DNA of 64,000 bases, taken from positions 64,001 to 128,000 of the forward strand of contig JANJXX010000003.1 in assembly GCA_024720975.1 (NCBI GenBank). The letters run 5' to 3'. The notes below the pieces were generated by a model, which ran no database searches, was not told the DNA's origin, and was given only the letters and a program-made list of their open reading frames with translations. Shown here one piece after another: positions 11,501 through 20,584 of the stretch. The stretch is from Thermoproteota archaeon. Its GTDB lineage: Archaea > Asgardarchaeota > Njordarchaeia > Njordarchaeales > Panguiarchaeaceae. How positions within the stretch are numbered: position 1 is the stretch's first letter; each line of letters opens with the position of its first letter. A program made the position numbers and the translations under genes.

Positions 11501-13611
11501 TCATATATCGTTATATAATTTCCAGGGAAGACTATTTCAGGCGGGTTTGGATCATCATCAACAAGCTCGACATAGAATCTTTGACTTATAACAGCATTGC
11601 CAGCTTTGTCGATACACTTTGCCTCCCAATACAGTTTCTTCCCTACATGTGGTTTCCATTCACTTGCGGATATCACTATCCGAAACTCTCCACTTATATA
11701 ACTTGCTACAATCCAATCACTCCAGTTTGTGCCACCATAACTATATCGTATTAGCACGCGCTCAACACCACTTATCTGGTCGCTGCACACAACACTAAGA
11801 ACTATATTATTAGTCGCATTGTCTAGGAACACTGTTCCAATTTGAGGTGAATAGCTAAGAATTCTTGGGGCTATTGTGTCTATCTGAATCGGTCCTTTTC
11901 TAGCGCTCTCATTCTCATTACCGGCGCGATCTACTGCGACGACACTTATGCTCCAAACACCCGACGGCAATCCAATGGTTGCATAGAGTTGCTCGTATGG
12001 ACCATACCAGTTAAAAAGAGAACCACTGCTATAGTTATAGACTCGTACCATATAGCATCTTATGCCACTCATACTATCCGTACTTTGACTCCATGCTATG
12101 TATACATTACTAGTATTGTACCATTTCGTGGAACTAGGTTGGGGATTTATGTTTATTATCTCAGGTTTCGTTGGTGGTACAAAATCTACGTTTATTCCAT
12201 GCTCCCAACAAAGCTCCCAAACTTTAGTTCTACTTAGATCAGTTCTCCAAGAGAGCAACCCATTTATAAACTCGAATATTGTTGTGGGTTTATAAGTTCT
12301 TACAACATACCAAATATCCGAAATACTGATACTCAGCGAATCTCCAATGCCATCGCCATCTTGATCATCATCACTTGAATCATATAGATCCCATAGAACA
12401 GCGGCGACACTACTTGCGACATCAAAATCATTGCGTGAGTTATCAGAATCGTAAAGCGTTTCTAAATCGCGAAGTTCAAAGTTTTCACTGCTTATGTAAT
12501 AGCGCTTTATAACTTCTGAGAGAAATATCGACCAACCAACAACCCAAGCTGTTTTTGGGTCTGTGTGAACATTAAAGTTATAGTTGCGCTCAAAGCTAGG
12601 TAATACGCTGCGTTGTGCCAGCAAAAATTGTGCAAAGGCCATGAAGAACTCCGTGTAGTTTGTAGCAGCTGCTGCCCATAGTCTTTTATCGGTAGTGTTA
12701 TAGAAATAAACGCTAGTTTGGGCTGGGTATGTTATATTTAATCCGGGTAAGCTGCTTTCACCTAAGACGCTGATTGCAAAATCTCTAGCTAGCATTGCAA
12801 ATAACATGATCTCTCCAGCTGGTCCTCCAAGAACATATACAATGGATTGAGGGGGTGTTACATAGCTAACGGTTGTGGCATCATTCTTATAAAGTTGTTG
12901 CCCGGATATTGGATCGGTCCAATAAGAACCTTGGATATATAGACTGTACGCACCTCCACCTAAATTGGAGTAGTCGTTATACATTCGGTATAGGTAAACT
13001 CTGTTGCTCGGATCGTATATAGCAACAACATTGGATATATCTGTATAAAATTGAAGAACAGGGTCTCTATTGCTAAGCTCCCCCCAATCAAACGCATCGT
13101 AGACTACACAGAAAGCTCCTTGACTGTCGGTTCTCGTAGATATTATAAATTGCCCACTGGGAGTATAACCGTCGCTATAGGGCTCTCCAGAGTCCTGATC
13201 CCAAACGTCCACTAAGATGCCCTGTATAGTTTTATACGCACCAGAGGATGTCCGTGAATATGGATCTCTGACTTTGACATAACCATAAAGGCGAACATCG
13301 CCGCTAGGAATACTAGGTGTTCCTGAGGTTATGTAGTAGTATAGATAGGCTAATATGACTGGATCCGTGTTTACCCTAGCTTTAAGTATATCTGCCTCGT
13401 TGGCATGCTTGAGCTTTGTTTTGGAGTGCGATACCACAATTACATTTTGTGCATTCTTGGTACCTCCTCTGTGAGCATCGGTATGCAAATCATCTGCTGC
13501 TTTGGAATCCACCCGCAGGTTTTTTATGTTTGCACTAATGATTGGATCTACTATCACTGCTAAAAATATTATTGAGACGAGCATAAACCTAATTATTTGA
13601 ATTTTGTCCAA
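8551..13611 (-). CDS. Large type-I membrane surface protein: signal peptide, degenerate zincin-like domain, FN3/Ig-like repeats, C-terminal TM
   Basis: 1686-aa ORF. Hydrophobic N-terminus; SVAAVLWDLYD and AWVVGW motifs; DxxxP linkers; C-terminal GLMYGLIVLGTFSCVGAIFVAL followed by RK; many NxS/T sequons. Confidence 0.85.
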   Translation of the reverse strand: MDKIQIIRFMLVSIIFLAVIVDPIISANIKNLRVDSKAADDLHTDAHRGGTKNAQNVIVVSHSKTKLKHANEADILKARVNTDPVILAYLYYYITSGTPSIPSGDVRLYGYVKVRDPYSRTSSGAYKTIQGILVDVWDQDSGEPYSDGYTPSGQFIISTRTDSQGAFCVVYDAFDWGELSNRDPVLQFYTDISNVVAIYDPSNRVYLYRMYNDYSNLGGGAYSLYIQGSYWTDPISGQQLYKNDATTVSYVTPPQSIVYVLGGPAGEIMLFAMLARDFAISVLGESSLPGLNITYPAQTSVYFYNTTDKRLWAAAATNYTEFFMAFAQFLLAQRSVLPSFERNYNFNVHTDPKTAWVVGWSIFLSEVIKRYYISSENFELRDLETLYDSDNSRNDFDVASSVAAVLWDLYDSSDDDQDGDGIGDSLSISISDIWYVVRTYKPTTIFEFINGLLSWRTDLSRTKVWELCWEHGINVDFVPPTKPEIININPQPSSTKWYNTSNVYIAWSQSTDSMSGIRCYMVRVYNYSSGSLFNWYGPYEQLYATIGLPSGVWSISVVAVDRAGNENESARKGPIQIDTIAPRILSYSPQIGTVFLDNATNNIVLSVVCSDQISGVERVLIRYSYGGTNWSDWIVASYISGEFRIVISASEWKPHVGKKLYWEAKCIDKAGNAVISQRFYVELVDDDPNPPEIVFPGNYITIYDSSNEDLVIWAVITDQESGVGSVTFIVYFQKYNVAITYNNNSIYWNGNTAYIIIPRNIWINYVGSAFSLEVIAYDKDNDWQGDAAVARSFITYGEILDDDIDGPVIHNVSVSEYLSSGTGDGIIEADEGLSIRISVSDPSGVNETIVIKIYSIVLVKQAQVLYTNGTLFELLLIIDTPLRAGDCDIEITIYDLDNDRESDSSFSVYCLRLSIREEEVIFSFNASEINALANETITIVFSAYRNDGGIIPLEGQKVYINVYNSSGLMHTIEIYYNGENSQVVVDLASLHAPAGYLRLEFCLNDTVFKSKSNIVWVHVWLLTSITISLSTNSPVWSETVVAQIILVDMFGDPVSNAYVYLSYGGEILAEGYTDRSGKAIINWAVNLPEGEYEIRVAFDGDSVRSYYPSEIFVAVSVSKAHLVIQSSDATIVFSDGGTICANVSTELGVPVNAYAEVYVVINDDIYLLGGNYSLSGRLVVRILSSSYPKWLTPGEYVYIIMIYESDKFYEASLARNLIVEKDVLKGVDISTNASIIEWGDSLLIKIHAFDDDYCSIVQGIANITIVSGNTVLCKILEVKDGTAVLSVNTNMFIPLQQIAIIVKVWSDLYVGEACYTYYVYVCKERAMVYSNSYTWTVTYQHSSELLILLTDNDGEEVIDDSGQVFVVISGLYTIYNGTLKPQIRLAYPFYVDFLPGTYYLEIQLMSNFYELVYSPKITLVIEAISTEIIATLSPQMVEYGDFIEIYVILIDQDNKTLAGIPISIYLSNGSNVKYPVVTTITDENGTAKIIVRMSFKPGEYVLIIQSSATSIHASSSFETQLTILEEDLNAQVYVPSVLEIGNAARIKVYITDNDNEPVAGVIVSIIVGDRLLVRTIYNGPLEIIWVPDSHGEHLIKVEVLGNGHYKDKSLSKLIEVKPAREAGLMYGLIVLGTFSCVGAIFVALRKFIARSRFSVHEKAAPVTGEISYEEIEKEFLEIFESEELDL

Positions 13612-13759
13612 GTTTCATCGCATGACCACACTCCCCATAAAAGTTTCTGAAAACTTTATCCTAAAGATTTAAAAGCCAGAGGGGTTAAACTAAGAAATTT
13701 CAATAAAACTGTTAAATTTCCGTATAAATCTCGGCTAGTATCTAACATATAATTATAGT

Positions 13760-13782
13760 AATTTGTGTTTATAAATATTTAT
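13760..13782 (-). promoter_or_regulatory. Candidate TATA box for the two-giant-protein operon
   Basis: Minus strand reads ATAAATATTTATAAAC in the AT-rich gap upstream of 13611. Confidence 0.3.
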
Positions 13783-13819
13783 CTCAGCGTTTCGAAGGAA
13801 GTATTACGCCAGTAGGATT

Positions 13820-15616
13820 CTATACTAGAATGGCTAATAAACTCAGCAGTACTGATAGGGCGAATGATAGTAGCATGTCTCTGATAAACACTTTAACATA
13901 GACGATAGATAGTCCCTTAATTGCTGCCGCATTGTTTCTACCTAAAACACGTAGATTAATAACTTTTGCCTTGTTTGACACTTCTGCCTCAGTCAAATTT
14001 TCAATGGCCTTCCTAACGGTTTGTATTGTGCATTCCTTAAGGATTTCGCCCTTTTTCTCACCTAATATTGTGTACAGCTTATTTGCGTCCAACGCGCAGA
14101 CTGTGTGCGTGTCTGTAGATAGTAGTTCTACCGACTCAGCTCCAAACTCCTCTCTTATTTTCTCTTTCATGTCTAAGTAGAACTTGGGATTTATATTGTT
14201 GGAGTCATAGGTAATGAGTATATGCAATTTTTGTCCTATTTTCATCGCAATTGCTACAATGCCGAGTCCTCCCAGACCATCTTTAGGCTTGACTTGTTCG
14301 CATTTACACTGATCCACCCCGATCATGAACTTCTTTGGTTCACAGACTTTAGTTATAGCATTTCTAATGAGTTTTCCAAGCATGTGATACTCTTTACTAT
14401 CAATGTCAAGCACTAAACCTTCCACTGGTTCGGATAGAGAATTATGGGCATCTACCAGAAATACATTCTTTCCTGACATATGACCAAGTTCCATTGCAAA
14501 ATAACCAAGTGACGTTTCTAAATCATCCGAATTCTGAGGAGCGTTAGAGGCTAGCAGATATGTTTGATTTCCGAGTGATAATTTAGTTACATGCAAGGAT
14601 CCATTATTAAATATTTCAGGTTCACATATTTCATCGTACCAAAAATTCTCATCAAAGATGCACTTTATTTCCCGCTCGATTACATCCAAGAGCTTGAATT
14701 GCTCCGCCAGGGACGGTAAATTGGCATCATGTGAGGATGCACCCTTGAGAAACAAAGTGGGAATTTTTAGCCTATTCTTCATCTCTCTGAAGAGTATCTC
14801 CGGAAAATCCGATGAACCGGAGTTAAGCAAGGGTCCTGGGTGTATTTGAGCCCCAACGATTGCGAATAGTGGCTCTTTTCTATCTTTGGATCTGAAAGCT
14901 GTTATTGCCACTGGTATTTCGCGATCGATGCTCATTCTCTCTAGTATTTTCTCGAACTCATCACGTTTTCGATCAAGTTTAAGCATTAGGAATGCTCTTA
15001 CGAGCTTCAGTGTGCCAATTTTATTTGTAGTCGGCCATATTTTTTCATTGGAGTAAATTATTGCAAGCGCGGTAAGTATTACCAGAGCGATTAAGAGTGT
15101 CACCTTTGCGAAAGGTGTAATAAAATTCAAAGTTGGGTTATACTGTGCTGTTAAACAATTGGTGCTTCGGATTAATGATAAACTTATGATGGAGACATTC
15201 GAAAAGACAAAGAAGGCCGACTTCCAAATGCCCCAATTTACCAATCCTAGCACAATATATAGCTCCAGGACTGATAGTATGCAGAGAAAGATTGGACAAA
15301 ACCACGCACGCAACAGAGTTAAAATTAATATGAGGTTAAGGAAACCTAGTAGTATATTAGAAATGGCAAGCGCTCTTCTACGATTTAGAGCTCTTACCTC
15401 TTGTGGTAGCTTTAATAATAGTAATGGCATGAAAACAGCTGCAACTGTTAGGATATAGACATCTATTGATGTGACATCTACCCTGTAAAGATTCCATAGA
15501 ATTACAAAGTATATAGAGAACTGAGCCATTAGTGTGAGAAGAGGAGATTTAAGACTAGGGAAAAGAAACATGAGGCGATACAAACGATTGATCTCTTTCA
15601 TCTCATTTTCGCTCAA
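13820..15616 (-). CDS. DUF2070 family membrane protein
   Basis: N-terminal TM bundle followed by HPGP, SSHD, DAHN, DSNN and TDTH motifs typical of this archaeal family. Confidence 0.8.
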   Translation of the reverse strand: MSENEMKEINRLYRLMFLFPSLKSPLLTLMAQFSIYFVILWNLYRVDVTSIDVYILTVAAVFMPLLLLKLPQEVRALNRRRALAISNILLGFLNLILILTLLRAWFCPIFLCILSVLELYIVLGLVNWGIWKSAFFVFSNVSIISLSLIRSTNCLTAQYNPTLNFITPFAKVTLLIALVILTALAIIYSNEKIWPTTNKIGTLKLVRAFLMLKLDRKRDEFEKILERMSIDREIPVAITAFRSKDRKEPLFAIVGAQIHPGPLLNSGSSDFPEILFREMKNRLKIPTLFLKGASSHDANLPSLAEQFKLLDVIEREIKCIFDENFWYDEICEPEIFNNGSLHVTKLSLGNQTYLLASNAPQNSDDLETSLGYFAMELGHMSGKNVFLVDAHNSLSEPVEGLVLDIDSKEYHMLGKLIRNAITKVCEPKKFMIGVDQCKCEQVKPKDGLGGLGIVAIAMKIGQKLHILITYDSNNINPKFYLDMKEKIREEFGAESVELLSTDTHTVCALDANKLYTILGEKKGEILKECTIQTVRKAIENLTEAEVSNKAKVINLRVLGRNNAAAIKGLSIVYVKVFIRDMLLSFALSVLLSLLAILV

Positions 15617-15696
15617 AGGAAGGCACCAACTGCTGAACTTGATAGTGTTATGATAGATTCATTGGTGAAATTTTACCTCCACCCGGTTAATGGCTG

Positions 15697-16407
15697 CTAA
15701 TAGTATTCATAATCTGAATAATCTTCAGACTCGTTGTATCCGTGCTCCACTATTGTGTATACTATAGCAGTTTTATACCCCAGCATACGACGCATAAATT
15801 TACTACGAAAGACTATTGCAAAAAGTATCCCGCCTATGATGCCACCAATGTGCGCATAGTGAGCGATAGTTGGAAATATGCCCACAATAGCAAACAATGT
15901 GAAGAGTGCCACTAGCATTGTGATCATTGCCCATGCGGGAAGAACAAGGAATGCGAAAAAGACAAACATGGCTATTCTTCTTTGAGGATAGAGAACAGCA
16001 TAAGCCCCTAAAATTCCAAAGACTGCTCCTGATGCTCCAAGCGCTGGGATGTCTTTGTAGGGACATAAGAGGATGTGCATAAACGCACCAAGAAGCCCAG
16101 AGAGAAAGTACAGAAGTGCAAATGCCTTATGACCAAAATTGCGTTCACACTCTGGCCCAAACATATATAGAGCGTACATGTTAAAGAATATGTGAAGAAA
16201 ATCAGCATGGAGAAACATGTGAGTTATTATAGTCCAAAGCATGGCACCGCGTAGAACTGCATTCGGACGCAGAGCGAAGTAATTGATCATAAGCGCTGGA
16301 TTAATGAGTTCTAAAACGAAGATAACTAGGTTTGATATTATTATAGATTTAACCACAATAGGATTGAAACGATAGGGTTCTAGTCCGTGTTCGTACCAGA
16401 AAACCAT
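15697..16407 (-). CDS. Rhomboid intramembrane serine protease
   Basis: HMFLHADFLHIFFNM, GASG catalytic Ser, AHIGG catalytic His. Confidence 0.93.
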   Translation of the reverse strand: MVFWYEHGLEPYRFNPIVVKSIIISNLVIFVLELINPALMINYFALRPNAVLRGAMLWTIITHMFLHADFLHIFFNMYALYMFGPECERNFGHKAFALLYFLSGLLGAFMHILLCPYKDIPALGASGAVFGILGAYAVLYPQRRIAMFVFFAFLVLPAWAMITMLVALFTLFAIVGIFPTIAHYAHIGGIIGGILFAIVFRSKFMRRMLGYKTAIVYTIVEHGYNESEDYSDYEYY

Positions 16408-16458
16408 TTTCTATCTCCTTAGTACTAAGCCAATTCTACCTTATAAGATAGTACTGAC

Positions 16459-17679
16459 CTAAATTTCTTCCCATTCATACAGCGTCGAAAGCCAAATGTA
16501 ATCCTCAACACCTTTTATTTTATCAAGTTCACTGGCTATCAACCCGTATGCTTTACCTAGTGTTCTAAGTTTCACTTGAACCACATAGTCATACTTTCCG
16601 GTAACTGCTGAAACTCTTATTACGCCTCTAATCTTAGATAGACTCTCCAGAATTCCTCGTGGCGATGCACCAGCTCTAATTCTTATTAATACAATAGCTC
16701 TAACCTCTGATAATGCAAGCAGTATTATTCCCATTGCAACCAAAACCGCCCCAATAACCTTTATAATGAGGATCCATACATTTGTACTTATCTCTACAAA
16801 GTAACCTGGAGATAATAAATTGCTAAGAATTGTGATAGGAATACCGAGAATTGCAGACACGGATGATACTGCCTGTACTATACTAGCCTTTCCCATGCCG
16901 ACGGCGCGAATATAAGTAACCTTAGCAAAGAAGGTTATCGTCATAGATACTACAACTATAATTATCACCTCGTTTCCAATTTTAAACATTTCAAGTACAT
17001 AACTCGGGTTCATTATGTATGTGACCACAAGAAACATCAAAGTTGTTAGCAATAGGTACCAGAGTCTAATATTTATCGAATCGTATCTTCTGGCATCCAC
17101 AACAACTGAGCGAACTTTCCTCTGAGATAAAGCTACTATCGTTGTTCCTCCATTTACTAGTGTCAGAACTATTATGAGACCGAGGACATCAATATTTCCG
17201 CTTGGAGACATCGAAGCGAGGAGTGCTCCAAACAATATCGAGGAGATAGCATGTAATTCAGAAATCGTAGGCGAATCTTTTTCGGTGAATATTTCGCATA
17301 GGATAATATAAGCTACCGCAGCCTGCATAAAAGGCAATATTGCAGATGGATCACTGAATGCATAAAGTACATAGAAGTAACCCAAAGAGGCGATGGTATT
17401 TCCAAAGGCCATTAAAACAATCTGCTTAAACGCTTTACCACTGATGAATTTAATTCTAGTAAAATTGGGATCGACGTACTTACCTAATGGCTTCCCTTTA
17501 ATTGGTACTAGGAGAAAGAAAACGATTAAAACACTTATGAGAGACCCAACGACAAAGGAGACGTTAGCGTAAATCCATATGTTTGGCGCAGTTTTCTCAC
17601 CAATTATGTCCAGTGGAATAACAATTGCACTAAGCACACCAGAGAGAATTCCTAGCAGGTAAAAGATTTTTCTTTTCAT
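16459..17679 (-). CDS. EamA/DMT transporter fused to a C-terminal Lrp/AsnC ligand-binding (RAM) domain
   Basis: About 10 TM helices in two EamA-like halves; C-terminal VSAVTGKYDYVVQV is the AsnC ligand-binding signature. Confidence 0.8.
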   Translation of the reverse strand: MKRKIFYLLGILSGVLSAIVIPLDIIGEKTAPNIWIYANVSFVVGSLISVLIVFFLLVPIKGKPLGKYVDPNFTRIKFISGKAFKQIVLMAFGNTIASLGYFYVLYAFSDPSAILPFMQAAVAYIILCEIFTEKDSPTISELHAISSILFGALLASMSPSGNIDVLGLIIVLTLVNGGTTIVALSQRKVRSVVVDARRYDSINIRLWYLLLTTLMFLVVTYIMNPSYVLEMFKIGNEVIIIVVVSMTITFFAKVTYIRAVGMGKASIVQAVSSVSAILGIPITILSNLLSPGYFVEISTNVWILIIKVIGAVLVAMGIILLALSEVRAIVLIRIRAGASPRGILESLSKIRGVIRVSAVTGKYDYVVQVKLRTLGKAYGLIASELDKIKGVEDYIWLSTLYEWEEI

Positions 17680-17691
17680 AGTAACCCCAAG

Positions 17692-17943
17692 CTATTCGGT
17701 AATGACTTCCTTCTCCACTATATGTGTTGTAGTTCGCTCCACACCATCAATAGCATGAATCTTCTCCGTAACTTCGAATAGTTCCTCGAGACTATTGCTA
17801 TGAACTCTCACAATGACATCGTACTCTCCTGCCACCACGGAAATTGATTTTACATGCTCGATTTTCTTAAGCTCATTGATAACGCTACGCATTTTGCCAA
17901 CAGTGACGTTTATCATTACATAAGCTATAATCAAGAAAGACAC
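17692..17943 (-). CDS. Stand-alone Lrp/AsnC ligand-binding domain protein
   Basis: AYVMINV...VAGEYDVIVRV...GVERTTTHI; no HTH. Confidence 0.9.
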   Translation of the reverse strand: MSFLIIAYVMINVTVGKMRSVINELKKIEHVKSISVVAGEYDVIVRVHSNSLEELFEVTEKIHAIDGVERTTTHIVEKEVITE

Positions 17944-17993
17944 CCGGTCACTGAGTTGAATTTATAATACACCGGATTCATATAATCAATTGG

Positions 17994-19385
17994 CTAGACT
18001 GTGTATTTATAAAGAGCTAAATCATACACACTCTCGATAATAAACCCACCAGGAGGGGCTTCTATAGAACCAACAGGTGCCGTAATGTACCACACTATAT
18101 AAGCTACATGAAAACCTCTCTGCTTGGCTAAATTGAGATACCTCTCGAAATCATCATCCGGATGTGTTACTAGAACATTATGACTATTGAGCGGCACCCC
18201 AGCCGCATAGGCACACGAAGCTTCTGCATGATGAACTATTATAGCTGAACTCTCATCAAGATATTCAAGTGCTTTTCTGAAGAGCTGTTTTGCTGCCTCT
18301 AACTGCCACGGGAATCCATTTCCACCAACCAAGGCCGGTGGAACTGTTTTACGGAAGGAGTCTCTTATAGGGTATATATAGAAAATTGCCGGGTAAATTG
18401 CTGAGATAGTGATGTTATACAGTATTAACAATTTATATATTCTTCGCCTGTCATGCAAGCCATTGATAAGCATAAATATAAATGCAAGCAGTGGATACGC
18501 TGCGAGAAATGTTATTCTGTATGTAAATTCGAAGACGAATGCGGCTGTCAAGATTGCAAAAATCCATGTTAGTAGTTTTCTATTTTCGGTATTCAGAATT
18601 AATGTGCGTGAAATTTCAGGTCTTTTGTGAAGGATCATTAAAATGATCGGTATGACTGGTGCGTACAACCAAAGTATGTATAGTGGAAGCTCTGCTCTAG
18701 ATACGTACCAGTAGGATTCAAAAATCTCCATCATAGGGAAATTCCATAAGATCATCTTAGTCAAAATCACTATACTCGCTCCAATAAGCACTCCAGAAGC
18801 CGGTATAACAGCTCGCATTTTCCGCATTACTAATAATTCATAAAGGATGCCAGCCCCGATAAAAATGGCACTATAGGGATGACCTAATCCGGCAAGAATA
18901 GACAAAATGAAGGCATTAACATCTTTGCCTTCCTTGTAGAATGCTAACGCCAATAGCGATAATGATATTCCAACAACATTTCTGTGAAGATCCCATAAGA
19001 TCCTTAGAATTACAAAGAAGGTGTAAGTAAAGGCGACAAATCTCAAAACATGATCCTCCTTTACCCCATATTTTATAGCCCAGTACGCCGTTGAGAACGT
19101 AAAAAATCCAGAAACAAGTACTGATCCTATCTTTATAGCTATCAGTACATTACCAATTGCACGATATAACAAGTAAAGGAAAATCGGGTAGAGGGGGGCA
19201 TCGGAAGCATAGTCCCACATTTCACATACACACATAAGCACGTACCACGCACTAGGGTCATATCCTACTGGAAATTCACCGTTGCAAATTTCAATAATTG
19301 CTCTCAAGATTACCCCTAGTAGAAATGCTTTCAGCAAAATTTTGGATCGTTTAGAAATCGCCCACCGGACCCGTATGTTGACCAT
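17994..19385 (-). CDS. Polytopic membrane protein, GT-C-like glycosyltransferase
   Basis: TM1 followed by PVGYDP acidic loop and PLYP, about 11 TM helices, soluble C-terminal domain. Confidence 0.55.
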   Translation of the reverse strand: MVNIRVRWAISKRSKILLKAFLLGVILRAIIEICNGEFPVGYDPSAWYVLMCVCEMWDYASDAPLYPIFLYLLYRAIGNVLIAIKIGSVLVSGFFTFSTAYWAIKYGVKEDHVLRFVAFTYTFFVILRILWDLHRNVVGISLSLLALAFYKEGKDVNAFILSILAGLGHPYSAIFIGAGILYELLVMRKMRAVIPASGVLIGASIVILTKMILWNFPMMEIFESYWYVSRAELPLYILWLYAPVIPIILMILHKRPEISRTLILNTENRKLLTWIFAILTAAFVFEFTYRITFLAAYPLLAFIFMLINGLHDRRRIYKLLILYNITISAIYPAIFYIYPIRDSFRKTVPPALVGGNGFPWQLEAAKQLFRKALEYLDESSAIIVHHAEASCAYAAGVPLNSHNVLVTHPDDDFERYLNLAKQRGFHVAYIVWYITAPVGSIEAPPGGFIIESVYDLALYKYTV

Positions 19386-19565
19386 ATAGAACCCCTAAAG
19401 AATAGCATTTATTCCCGCTATTAGTGGCTTCTATATCAATTATTCACTAACCTGCTTTTGGACACCCCATTCAGCAAACGAACTAAGTGTTGCAAGATTT
19501 TAAAATGGCTCTTTTTTATTATCTTTTTCTCCTTTAATATTACCACCATCAGTTGGTGAACATTA

Positions 19566-20117
19566 ATGAAAACCTTGAAAGACGAATCAGGTGACATCGA
19601 AAGTTTGATAACAACGCTTCAGGAGAAAATTCGCGATGAGGCTCGAAAATTTATAATAGAGGACGCTATGATAAAGATTCTTAAATACATCAAACTACTC
19701 AAGAAAGACTTCAGAGTCTTACCGGGCCTTGGTCTAGTTATCGAGGAAAAGGCTCAAGATCTTACCGTACCAATACACATAATTTTCATACCTCCGGAAT
19801 GGATAGAGATGAAGACCCTACTTGCAAGCGGTAAAGAACTACCATCTAATCTGGCGAATCAATGCCGAGTTTATGAAATCCTACTGAAATTAGCAAATGA
19901 TTTTGCTGAACTAAGTTTTAGCATAGATAAAGAGGAAAACCTATATGCGCGACAAAATATACTCGTGGGGGCTTTATCATTTGATGCCTTCAAGGAAGAA
20001 TACAATGCTCTTGTTCTATCGGCAGTGATATTCAGAAAAGAACTTCTTAAAAAATTCAAAGCATGCGTAAGAAAGTATGAGGAGTTTAAAAAGACTTTTG
20101 AATCTGAGTTGACTTAA
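19566..20117 (+). CDS. YbjN/CesT-like (T3SS-chaperone fold) protein, paralogue 1
   Basis: EWIEM...YEILLKLANDFAELSFSIDKEENLY pattern; similar to the next gene. Confidence 0.6.
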   Translation: MKTLKDESGDIESLITTLQEKIRDEARKFIIEDAMIKILKYIKLLKKDFRVLPGLGLVIEEKAQDLTVPIHIIFIPPEWIEMKTLLASGKELPSNLANQCRVYEILLKLANDFAELSFSIDKEENLYARQNILVGALSFDAFKEEYNALVLSAVIFRKELLKKFKACVRKYEEFKKTFESELT

Positions 20118-20125
20118 AGTAGAGG

Positions 20126-20584
20126 ATGAATATGCTAGCTGTCACTGGATTTGAGTCCTTCTTTATTGACAAGCTGGTGGAATATCTGTCCCTTATGAAT
20201 AAAAATTTCGAAGTACTACCAGAAGGAATTAACGTGTATGAAAAAATAAACGGTAAGGAAGTAAGAATTCTGATTCTGTTGTCCAATAAATGGATAAGAA
20301 TCTACGCAAGGCTGGGCAATCTGGTAGAATTTCCGGACGAAATAAAGGAAGAGCTCCTGGAAAGGCTGCTAAGAATTAATTGGGATTACGCAGAAGTAAA
20401 TTTCAGCATTGATTCTGAAGGCAATATATGCTCAGTTCAAGACGAATACATTCATGCCTTCTATTATGATGTCTTCGAGCAAGAGTATAATGCTGTGCTA
20501 GCATCTGTAAAACTGTTTGAAGCTACTAAAGAAGAGATACTCAGATCTATAAGTGCAAAAGCAACACGCGGAGAAAGATCCTAG
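20126..20584 (+). CDS. YbjN/CesT-like protein, paralogue 2
   Basis: KWIRIYARL...LLERLLRINWDYAEVNFSIDSEGNI, typical of YbjN. Confidence 0.7.
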   Translation: MNMLAVTGFESFFIDKLVEYLSLMNKNFEVLPEGINVYEKINGKEVRILILLSNKWIRIYARLGNLVEFPDEIKEELLERLLRINWDYAEVNFSIDSEGNICSVQDEYIHAFYYDVFEQEYNAVLASVKLFEATKEEILRSISAKATRGERS

